Positions 40,825 to 51,000 of a stretch of DNA of 64,000 nucleotides are shown in pieces. Made by a program: the position numbers and the translations under genes. Origin of the DNA: Lama guanicoe (Eukaryota); contig MU054400.1 of the NCBI GenBank assembly GCA_013239625.1, positions 4,901,802 through 4,965,801 on the forward strand, read 5' to 3'. Every line of letters starts with the position of its first letter. Within the stretch, counting starts at the first letter, position 1. Below the pieces are notes generated by a model. It was not told where the DNA came from and did not search any database. It saw only the letters and a program-made list of their open reading frames with translations.

Positions 40825-41185
40825 GGCCGGCCGCCGAGTGCCAGCACCGCTCGGAGTGGGCCCGGTCCCAACCCGGGTGTCCGGGGACGCCTATAGCCTA
40901 TAGGCGCAGGTCACCGCCTCCACCCCCCGGGGACACCCCCGCCCCTCCGGCCGCCGCCCCGCCCGCTCTCCCCCCGCGGCCATCCCCCCGCCGACGTGCG
41001 GGATCCTCCTCCGGCCTCCGGGCCGCCCCCACCCCCGCGGCCGCGCCGCGCCTCCGCCCGGCCGAGCACGGCCACGGGCATTGCGGTGCGCTGCTCTGGG
41101 CCGCCAGCGTGGTCTCGCTCGGTCCCCACAACGGCCCTGCCACCAAGGTGCAGTCACGATTTCCCCTCCCAAGATTGAAAACGGA

Positions 41186-41199
41186 AGTTCGGAAGGTTA
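41186..41199 (+). promoter_or_regulatory. Nuclear-receptor direct repeat AGTTCG-ga-AGGTTA (DR2-like) with overlapping ETS core CGGAAGT
   Basis: reads TAACCT-tc-CGAACT on the gene strand; resembles the human FBP1 vitamin D/retinoic acid element as I recall it. Confidence 0.55.
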
Positions 41200-42667
41200 A
41201 GCAAAGCGCAGCGCAGCCAGTGAGCGGACGGGCGCCCCAGCCCCGCTCCCCCCGGGTTCGGGCTCGCGGCTCCAGCCGCTGCGGTTCCCTCCCGCACTGT
41301 GGCCGCCTGCCATCTGCTCCCTGCCGTCTGTCCGTGCCTGCTTGGCCTGCCACCTGCCTCTTCTGACCAACCTCAGGAGACTCGGATTTCCCCGTTCCTC
41401 ACCTGAGGGCTCATTTTTGAGATCCTTAACTTGGCGTCTTCTCAAGATTCCTATAAATTGAGTTACTGGGGACCTTTGTTTCCAATACCTGCCTTTTGCA
41501 GAGGAAATAGTCCCAGACACAGGGAAGTGTGTCCTGGGTGCCCCACTTGAGGGCAGAGGCTCGGCAGCCCACTCCTGATTGCTTTATAGGCACCTGGCTG
41601 CTGTCCTAAGGCAATTCGTACTCAGATTCACGGAACATTTATTGAGCACCTACTGTTCATGGAACATTTATTGACCACCTACTGTTAGCAAGACAGGGCT
41701 TTGAGAGCTATCTTCCTGTCTCCTTACTTGTCACAAGTAACAAATGCTTCTGCTTTAATCAAAAGTACTTGATGTGTTCGCTGGCGAAACACCCCTAGTG
41801 AAGGACTCACTGAGTCCAGTAGCAATTTCTGGCGGCTCTGGTGGGGCATGTGCCCTGACCAGGGGCAAGGGGAGTGGGCCACACTGGAGTGAAGAGGGCT
41901 TATTTCCTTCTGGTGTTGGTCAGGTTGTCCTGGTTTTCTTGGTCGCATGCTGTTCTGCATGGTGTCTACCACCCAAGGGTGGACAAAGTGGCCACCGGAC
42001 TTCAGAGGATTAGAAAAATTCAGAACTGATAATAAATGCAAATATCAGTCTCACCTTTGACTAAAGTAGAATCTGTGAAGCACTCAACTGGCCTTGGGTC
42101 TCCGGTTTCACTCTAGGTTTGAGTCCCCAGGTTCTGGTTTCTATAACTCTGGAAGGCTGTGTTCCTCCTGGTAAGGAGCCAGAGACCTCTGTGGGCATGA
42201 ACTTCGTTCCTACCATTCTGGGGAGTGTGTCCCTTCTGGTGGAAAACTAGAGGCCTCTGGGTTTAGAAGCTATGTTTTCTGTGACTGGGGGAGGTTGAGT
42301 TCCTTTTTAATAAGAAACGAGATCCCTGGGTGCAAGGAACAGAGGTCTGGAAAGGGTCCCTGAAATCACTTTTCCGAGTGGCAGAAACTGACTGTCAGAT
42401 GTGGGTTGGCATCCCGAGGCTTTGGTCTCTGGTCTGGTTTCACCCTGGATTCAAGTCCCAGGGTTCTGGTTTATGTTTGGGCCTTATTTGTCTGGTCTGT
42501 CTATGTATGATTGTCTTATCTGTTTGAAAAACAAAGTTAGCTGTTGAAACTGAGTTCCTTGGCAACTGTAGAAAAACTACGTTCAGGCTCAGGAGAAGCA
42601 AACTCTGGTACCTATAACTTACATTAGTTGGCCCTTGAGAATGGCTGTCTCCTTGTGGTATATCAGG

Positions 42668-43570
42668 ATGAGAAACGCCATTTCTTTCCCCAGCTGTAGT
42701 CCACTGGGATGTTTTTAAAACTGGAAATCCTTTGGGTATCAACCTTTGACAAAAGACAGATGATTTGTCTTGGTAATGTTGCCTGGCCCCAAATATTCAT
42801 TAGAAGATCAAGGCAAGTGGCCAGAAAATGGGTCCCTAAGTTGTAACACCATCCTGCAATTGGATCTTTACTGCAAAAGCTTAGAAAAATGGGATGAGAT
42901 CACATATGTACCGTGCCTTTGGTGCTTTACCAAAATAAGGGGTTGCAGCAACACCAAACTCAGCCCAGTCACCAGATCTGGAGACGAGCTGCGGAAGTGG
43001 TGCTCACCGCGACAGACAAGACAGGGCTGGCTTGAGCATCATGGAAGTCTCCTCCTTAAGGAGATGAAGGCTGCTGGTCAGAGGCCAGGAAACAGGGGAA
43101 AAGTCAGAAACATTAAACAGGAGGCAAATGAAAAACCATCAGCATCTCAGAAAGGATTAGAGAATGCCTCTGAGAGTACACAACTCTTAATTCAGATGCT
43201 CCTGAGAGCCGCTCAGTGGTTGCGCTCTGTACCTCAGAGGGCCCCCGACATTTGAAGGAAGCTGCAGAAAGTAGCAGTGGGTCCAAATACCCCAACTTCT
43301 CAGTTGGTGGGTATTGCTTTGGGGATGTTCAGTAACTGAGATATGGCTGAGGAAGTAAAGGAGGACAAGAAACAAAGAGATGGGCTGCTCCTTCCTGTCT
43401 GTTGGCCTCCAGTGCATGTCAGGGAACCCATGGGCCCCTGGTGGACCAACAGGGGTGAGTAACCCCAACCCTCCACCAAGGACCAAGGTGCAGCCCTCGG
43501 TGAAGCTGGGGCCCAATCGGTGTGCTTTCTGCAAGGAGGGAGGGCATTAGACGTGGGATTGTCTTGACAG
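42668..43570 (+). pseudogene. gag: ERV gag remnant (matrix and nucleocapsid zinc knuckle)
   Basis: PKYSLEDQGKWPENGSLSCNTILQLDLYCKSLEKWDEITYV resembles the HERV-W/ERV9-type MA segment; CAFCKEGGH*TWDC fits CX2CX4HX4C with an internal TAG. Confidence 0.85.
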
Positions 43571-43679
43571 TCCTCAGAGAAGGAGGGCTACAGAACTCCC
43601 ATGATGACCACGATGCCACATGCAGAAGAGGCCTCACTAGGCCTAGGGGCCACCCAGTCGGGATATAAATCCAAGCTGC

Positions 43680-43960
43680 CCAGAGGAGCCCCGGGTTGCC
43701 TTAGAAGTGGAAGAGGAGAAAGGAGAATCTTTAATAGATACTGGAGTCACTTGCTCAGTCTTGACCACTCCGAAAGGACAACTGTCCAAACGGGAGTGTG
43801 CTAAGAAAGGGGCACCAGGCAGATCTAATAGGAGGCTCTTTTTAGAACCATCGGCATGGAAACCAGGACCCTCCACGCTGCCGTGCTCCTTCCTGTATGT
43901 CCTGAGTGTCCATCGTCTGTTAGGATGGGACCTGCTCTCAAAATTTAAAGTCTGTGTAAG
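43680..43960 (+). pseudogene. pro: ERV aspartic protease remnant
   Basis: EEPRVALEVEEEKGESLIDTGVTCSVL...LLGWDLLSK: retroviral DTG active site and GRDLL-like motif. Confidence 0.85.
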
Positions 43961-45966
43961 TGTTGAACTGATGGATGGGCATATCTCTCAGGAGGGGGAA
44001 ACATGGCTTTTACTAGCCCTGGGAGAGGACAAAGGAGAACCCGAAAACTTAGGGGCTCAAGGTCTGGTAGGAGGAGCTAAAAATGGTCCCAATTCAGAAC
44101 TTAGGGTCCCTTCGGAGACCAGTTGCCTATTTCCAAGCAATTGGACTCTGTTGCAAACAGATGGCCTCCAGGCCTTAGGGCCTAGTTAAGTAATTTCTTA
44201 AACCTAGGGAGTTTCCTCGAAACTTTTTTAAATGGCTTATCAAGATAAACAGATATTCAGAACCTCATTGGATTTTTTTTTTTTTTGGCCTTCTCTCCTA
44301 AGCTAAATGAGGGAAAGAAAAACATTGCAACACGGGTGGATGGGTATGTCAGTCCTTTAATATCATTGAGGTGGCTTCCCGACTCTTTGAGGGGTTAAAA
44401 ATAGCTGCCTGTGTTTTATAAATCTAGTCTTTACAGGACCACAGGTGTGGCTCCGGAAGCAATCCAAAGCCCGCCAATCTTTTTTACTATTCCCCAAATC
44501 TCCCCTGTTTATCTCTAGAAGCTTGTAAGTATTGAGAAAAATTTTTTTCTGGTCTTAAGGTGACAGAAGTTTCTCCTTGGAGGCACCTGCATTGCTTCTC
44601 CTAGGCCTTCTCCAGGTACTCTTGTCTAAGCCATCTTTGTAAAACTGCAAATTTCAGGAAGGTAACCCTTATCAAAAGAAAAAAGAAGAGGCAGGGGTAG
44701 GTAATTTGGAACTGGACTTGTCTAGGACAAATACAATCCTTAAGTATCTCCTCTGTAAATATTAGTAAAAAGTTGACATTCTAAACCGATGACCTTGATT
44801 TGTTCCATCTGCCAGAAACCTAGTTTGAATCCAACCTCTTTTGTGGCTGATGGTTTTAGACTGTTGTACCTGATTCAGGGCTGACCCATGTGTCAAATGC
44901 TGCAGGTGAGCCCAGCAAGACAAGAGCTGAACACTGACTGCTGGATTCAGTCGTGGGGACCTGGGTGCCGATGCCTGTGCCCAGGCCGTCAGATGGGGGT
45001 GGGCTGCACGAGGCATGGTGGTGGTCCCACCAGGAAAGATGGTTACTGTCTCCCTGTGTAGCCTGAGGGGGCACTGATACCCCTGCAGACTGCAGGGAGA
45101 GCAGACCCTTTGAGGGCCCGCTTAACTCTTTGCTCCTTGGGCAACTTTGCAGGAGAAACACTGCAGAGTGTTAAAAGTGGGGTGAAAGTGGAGAAGGCCT
45201 TGGAAGAGAAATATTTCCTTAAATATAAAGTTTGAAGTGTAATGACTGATATTTCTGACCTGGCAACCAGTTATAGCAGCTCTGTTCAAGAGTTTGCCCC
45301 TTTACACGTAGATGTTCAGTCCTGCGGGATCTCAGATTTGCTAGGACTGGAAAGCCAGCTAATCCAGCCCAGTCGTCCTGAAGTTTAATCCCTGGTAACA
45401 GGTAAAGAGTTCAGGATTGGGGTTGGGCAGGCCTGCTGCATTCCCAGTTCCAGCTCTCCTCAGCCTGGAGACCTTGGCCAGTTACCCAGTTTATCTCAGT
45501 TTATTTATCTGTAAAGTGGGATGGTTGTTCTAGCTGGCATGAGCACGACGTGTTGGTAGAGTGCTCAGCTCCCAGCCAGACACAGAGGACACACTCAGTA
45601 CACTGCAGAGACCTGTCTAGCTCAGCTACTGATGCCTGTCACCCACAATGATGGGAAGCCCACCACCTGCAAGGCAAACCATCCCCCTTAAGAACGGGCC
45701 ACTTTGCATGATGGTCAAGTGCACAGACTTTGGAGCTAGATGGCCGAGGTCTGAGCCCCAGTCTTACCCCTTACTGGTGGTATAGGCCTGTGCAAGTTAC
45801 TGACCTCACTGAGCAACATTTTGTTCATCTATAAATTGGGAGTAATGATTGTGGCCACTTTATAAGATTATGCAGTGACGCAGGTATAGTGTTTAAGAAC
45901 CGTGCTCAGCCTGTAGTCAGTACCTGCTATGTAAGTGTTTCCTTCATTATAAGGATAGTGACATAA

Positions 45967-46575
45967 TGTTACAGAACTCAGCAAGCCAATAATTGAGAGA
46001 CAAGTGTTGGTTGGAAAGGAATAAAGTTTGCTTTATTCAGGAGGCCAGTAACCTGGGGAGAAGGAGGGCTCATGTCCATAAACCAACTCTGAAGATTCTG
46101 CTTGACAATGAAAGTTTTTAAAGGGAGAATCATTTGTGGGGGACGGGGGAGGTCAGAGTCTTTGTCATCTCCCACTGTGTGCAGACTTTCTTCTGATTGG
46201 TTGGTGGGGAGGTAACGGCGGTGTTTCGGGAATCCTGTGCTCAGCCTGAAGCTGCCGTCCTCCACCTGGGTGGGGGCCTCAGTTCCTGCAGAAGAACTCA
46301 GAGATACTGTTATGTACACTCCTTGAAGAGGAACCAGGGCTCTGCTTTATTGCTGCACAATTGCTTCCTGATGTTCCTCCCTCGTCTCTGCCTTCCCTCT
46401 CTTCCCTGATTAGCAACTGGTTGAATCTGTCCTTTGGAACTCAGGGAAGGTCAAGGAGGCTGAATGAAGCCTATTTCCTACAAACAAGAAATTTTCCTAC
46501 AAACAAGGGGACACGGAAAGGATTTGTACCTGGGAGGGCCCCTCAGGGTTCTACTGTGAACAACTGTTGTTTTCA
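45967..46575 (-). mobile_element. Solo ERV1-type LTR
   Basis: minus strand has CCAAT (about 46196-46200), TTTAAAAA (about 46115-46122) and AATAAA (46032-46037) in U3-R order; TG/CA ends; no clear TSD. Confidence 0.75.
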
Positions 46576-46655
46576 TCTGATCAGTAGAAAGTTCCCTTGT
46601 CATCAAAAGGGAGCTGAAAGGACATGGGAATGGAGACTTCAGACTATTCTTGCCT

Positions 46656-46786
46656 GGGGGGAGGGTGTAGCTCAGTGGTAGAGTGCATGCTTAGCATGCA
46701 TGGGTCCTGGGTTCAATCCCCAGTACCTCCATTAAAATAAATGCATAAATAAATAAACCTAATTACCTCCCCCCGCCAAAGTCTAT
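46656..46786 (+). mobile_element. tRNA-derived SINE, long-tail form
   Basis: GGGGGGAGGGTGTAGCTCAGTGGTAGAG...GGTTCAATCCCC; TSD AGACTATTCTTGCCT / AGACTGTCCTTGCCT. Confidence 0.92.
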
Positions 46787-47524
46787 AGACTGTCCTTGCC
46801 TGTTGTGCATTTATGTCCCCTCTCCCATGTTGTTGACTGTGACTAGCTCTTTTCTGGGTCAAGATGCATAAACCCATCACCTGGGGTTAACCAGAGTCTG
46901 AGAAAGGTGCACGTTCAGAGGATGGTGGGCACCCCCCAACGTGGGATTTCTCCCTCGTGCCTCCACCTAACCCCCTCGCAGAGCTGCTCCTTACTGGCTG
47001 CAGTGGTTTCTCCTCCTCTCCCACCACAAACACACTCCACACTTGCAGATTTGAGCAGTGCGTGTGACATTACCAACTTAGTTACAGCTCTAAGTCCTGT
47101 GAAGAAAGAGCGATCACCCATTTCCTCACCCGCCTCCAGCCCAGGGAGGTCAGCTCAGCTTTGTGTCAGAGGCAGGAAGTTGAGAAGAACAGCCTGGATG
47201 ATCACTCACCTCTGCAACCACCCACCCCCTGAACCCAGTGCGCTTCTGCTGGCTTCCCCCACACCCCAGGGCGGCCAGCGCAACAGGGAAAAAAATACCA
47301 AGTGGTGCTGATGAGAGCGGGATTGCAGCAGCGTGACCCCTCCTTAGGTGAGTCCTCCTGACTCCTGTGACCTCCGTGGCCTCACGCAGGTAATGGAGAC
47401 AGGACCTGTAATCTCCAGAGCAACAGAAACTAAAGAGCCAGACTATGGAGCACTTGCTAAATGCCCAGCACTTGCAGACGCAACCTCTCATCAATCTGGC
47501 TCCCCTGTGAGGTGGCTTCTCCTC

Positions 47525-48005
47525 AGACTCCTGTTACCCTCAAAGAGAAAGGGAAAAAGACCCCAGTTCTTGTCTCACCTGAAAGAGAAGAATTCAGACA
47601 GGAGACGAAAGCATTGTGTAGTGAAAAGGTTTTAAAGGTTTTATTAGCAAAGAACGGGAGGCAGGCTGAGCCAGGGGCAGACAGCGGTGGTCTTTGTTTG
47701 GTCCCCTGTCTTATACCCTCGCTTAGAGGTGATCTCTTGATTGATGGACCGCTCTTGCCCCTGGAGTGCTTAGTCATGCTCAGCCCCTTTGCATATGTCC
47801 TTATCCAGGATGCACACAGAAAACCCATTAGTGGGGTTGCCTAAAACACAATATTAATTATATTACAATGAGCATTGTGGATCATGTCCGGTTAGGTCCT
47901 TGTCACTACCGCACAAGCTGCCGCCGTTGGGTTCTAACTGGTTTCTTGCGGGCACTCATTTAGAGGAAGTAAAGCCCCTTTATGCTGAAGGCAGGCATAC
48001 CCCAC
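47525..48005 (-). mobile_element. Probable LTR (ERV1-like)
   Basis: minus-strand TATAA near 47711-47715 followed by AATAAA near 47640-47645; LTR-like organisation. Confidence 0.6.
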
Positions 48006-51000
48006 CATCTTCTAGACCATCTTCCCTCTCCTCCACCTTATCTGCCCAGTGCTCGCACTTATCTAAATACCTAACCCTCCTATCTTCCCAGATAAGGGAA
48101 CTGAGGCTTCTCAGGTTCAAAGAACTTGTCCAAGGCCTGTGGCCATGCAGAAAGAAGCAGAGCAAGACTCAAACCCTGGTCTAACTGATTCCAAACCCCA
48201 CCTTCCCACTGGCCTGCTGGTTCCCTGCTAAGTGACAGTTGCCTCAGTGGTGAGACTCTAAGCCGGCCAACTACAGCTTCAAAAATCTGCTCTACGAACT
48301 GCCCACCCATTAGCTCTAGACCTATTTCTTAGGCCTATGCTTATTCATTTGTTCATTCAACAGATAAGTTCTTGTGCACCTGCTGCGTGCTAAAACTGTA
48401 CCACAGTCTGGGGTCACAGTGGTGAGCCAGACAGACCCATCTCTGCCCATATGATGCTTACATTCTTTGTGGGAGAGGCAGTCAGAAAACTGGATCACAG
48501 AAGAAACAGTGATATAAAGCCATTTCAGGGAGCAGAGAGTGCTATGAAGCAGGGCAATGGGCGTAGAGACTAATCACAGGGAGACTTTTTTAAGGAAATT
48601 ACCTTCGATTCAAGACTGAACAAAAGGAATGGGGTAAATGAAGAGCTTATGGGAAAACACATAGAAGAACAAGGAAAGAGGGCAGCAGGTGTAAAGGTCC
48701 TGAGGTAGAAATGGGCTGGTGTATTCAAGGAACAGCAAGAAGAAGGCTGATGCAGCTAGAAGGGGTGGGGGTGGGAGTGAGGAAGAGCCACAGGAGATAA
48801 GGTTGCAAAGGAAAGCAATGGGTGGATGATGAAAGACCCGAGAATGAACTCTAGGGGTCAAGGCGGAAGTGAGGAGACCAGCAGAGTGAGTTTGAACCAG
48901 CCTCTACTTAATTGCCTGTCAAATGAATGAAGACTGCTGTCATATTCCTCATAAATCTTTACTTCTCCACTAAATATTTTCAGTTCCTTCAACTGTTCCT
49001 CATATTTTCAGTTTCTTCAGCTGTTCCTTCTACAGCAAGGTTCTGACAATCTTCCAGTCTTGCCTTGGAACCATTGACTTCTTGAAGCTCCGTCCCACAT
49101 CTATTTCTGTGATTCCTCTTCTCCGTCTGCTCCACCCACTGGCCCATTCTCCTACCTAAAATCTGGCTTTCTTTTCTTACCCCTGCTGATGATAAACTGG
49201 CTGATTATTGCAGCAGCAGACTTGGGTGGAGGAAGAAGCTGAGTCACAGTGCAGTTGCAAGAAAGGGCTCAGACAGCCCTGGGGGGACCTCTGAGGCTGG
49301 GATGACTCTTCAGAGTTGTCCTGAGCTGGGGCAACGGGGCCAAACTTCTGTCCCCATGTCAACCTGTCATTGGCTAGAGGATGCTGGGAAGGGGCCTGAT
49401 GTGGCTCTTTTCTATCCAGGCAATAGTCCCCGGGGCTGGAGAGCAAGTTCTTTGTCCTCAGTGAGGACCTGGGTGGCACATCACAGCATCCACTGTAATG
49501 ACCAAAGCAGACCAGGAACTGGGGCGAGGCCAGGGTCTCTCTCTGCATCTCTAAGCTTTCCTCTCCTTTGGGTGTCATCACTCAGACACTCTCTCCCCTT
49601 GAAATAGCATGTATGGCCACAGGCATTTCCAGACCTATGTCCTACCAGCCCAAATTTTCCCCCTAGTTCCACCAAAAACCCAATGTTGAACTCTTACTGG
49701 CCCAGATAAGTGCCCATTCCTCGGCCAGTGATTGTCATCATAGGAATAACACTGGATCTGCTTTAACTTACCAAAAAAATGTAAGTAATTATAAACATTG
49801 GCACATTGTTACACAGGCTCAGTGAAATCAGGAATAAAAGCACAGCACCTGGAAATTAATGGGATGCTCCGTTTACTGCTATTGCTAGGATTTAAATGGT
49901 ATCGAGGGTTGGTATCCAGGATGGAACATTCTGGAGCCAAAAGGAACATGAAATAGCTTGAACGAGTAAGCTGAAGTTGCATCTGAGGGACAGGGAGTCA
50001 ACCAGGTTGACGATGTGGAGGGTTTTGATGGCAGAAGAATAGTCAGCAAGCGTGGAGAGTAGGTTGGCTAAGACTATAGAGGGTTTGAACGTGAGAGTAG
50101 GAGTGTGAACCTAGTTATGAAGGCCATTGCCGGTCCAGGTGGGGTCTGGTCTGCAGGGTTTGACACCTGTACGTGAGAAGTATAGAGATCGAGGGTAAAA
50201 AGTTATAGCAATTTGACAGAAGAAATGTGTGTCTGTTGAATTGAATCATAAAAAATTGGGACCTGTATTTTATGTCTTTTTAATCTCATTTTTCTTGAAA
50301 TTCCTTTTTATTGTACCCTACAAAAGCAATGACCCGTGATGGATTGAAAAAACTTTTTAGATTAAGTCTTTCACCCCTGCTAGTTTGAGAAGCACCATGG
50401 AGGACGGCGGAAGGCCATCAAAGTTTTGTGATAAATGACATGTTACAGGATTCTGCTTCTCCTAGAGGTAGATTAAACACTTGGGGTAGATTGAAGGAGA
50501 GAGAAAATGGACGAAGAGATGCCACATGGGAGGCTCCCAGGCCCGTCTAGGTGGGAACCAACATAGGTCACTGAGAGAAGCAATCTTGAGAAGGAAGGAA
50601 CCCAGGTCTCCTTTCACTACCAGAGTCCTGACCACATCAGGGCTTCCACGTGTGAGGGGACTTGTAAGGGATTAAGTACATAGGCACGGAGCTACTCAGA
50701 GCCCCCCACACTTCAGACACCATATGGAATAAATCTGGGACTCTGAGCACCATATTTGGGCAAGATGACACTGCCACCTGTCTGATCATGCAGACCCGTA
50801 ATCTTGGGGTAACCTTGGCCCTGCTGCATTCCTGCTGCTAATCATGGCACTGCCGGGCCCCCCGCATCCGATCAGGACATGTTCTTTCTGCTTCTGAAAC
50901 AGCCCTTCCATCTCCTCCCTTCTTTCCAGTCCCCGTCCCCTCATCCTCTTGTCTTCCGTCTCTGCCCTTAATGCTCTATTGGTCTTAAAGTCACTCAGAT

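Larger units (their letters stand above)
40230..41400. promoter_or_regulatory. FBP1: CpG island / FBP1 promoter and exon 1
   Basis: very high GC and CpG density spanning exon 1 and about 600 bp upstream; GC boxes (CCGCCC) around 40950-41060. Confidence 0.9.
41715..45000 (+). mobile_element. Decayed class I (gammaretrovirus-like, ERV1) proviral remnant; boundaries approximate
   Basis: gag MA-like peptide at about 42670-42925, CCHC knuckle 43521-43562, protease DTG 43737-43745 and LLGWDLL; frameshifts and stops; no RT recognised. Confidence 0.88.

Noticed and set aside
40407..41366. 319-aa plus-strand ORF and other overlapping ORFs across the FBP1 promoter
   Set aside because: Pro/Arg/Gly/Ala-rich shadow ORFs caused by stop-codon scarcity in a CpG island; antisense to exon 1; no recognisable domain.
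42668..44189. Domesticated retroviral gene
   Set aside because: Frameshifts in MA, a stop within the zinc knuckle and missing CA/RT point to neutral decay.
46656..46735. tRNA-like sequences with A and B boxes (also at 3923, 9199 and others)
   Set aside because: Diverged, with A tails and TSDs: SINEs, not tRNA genes.
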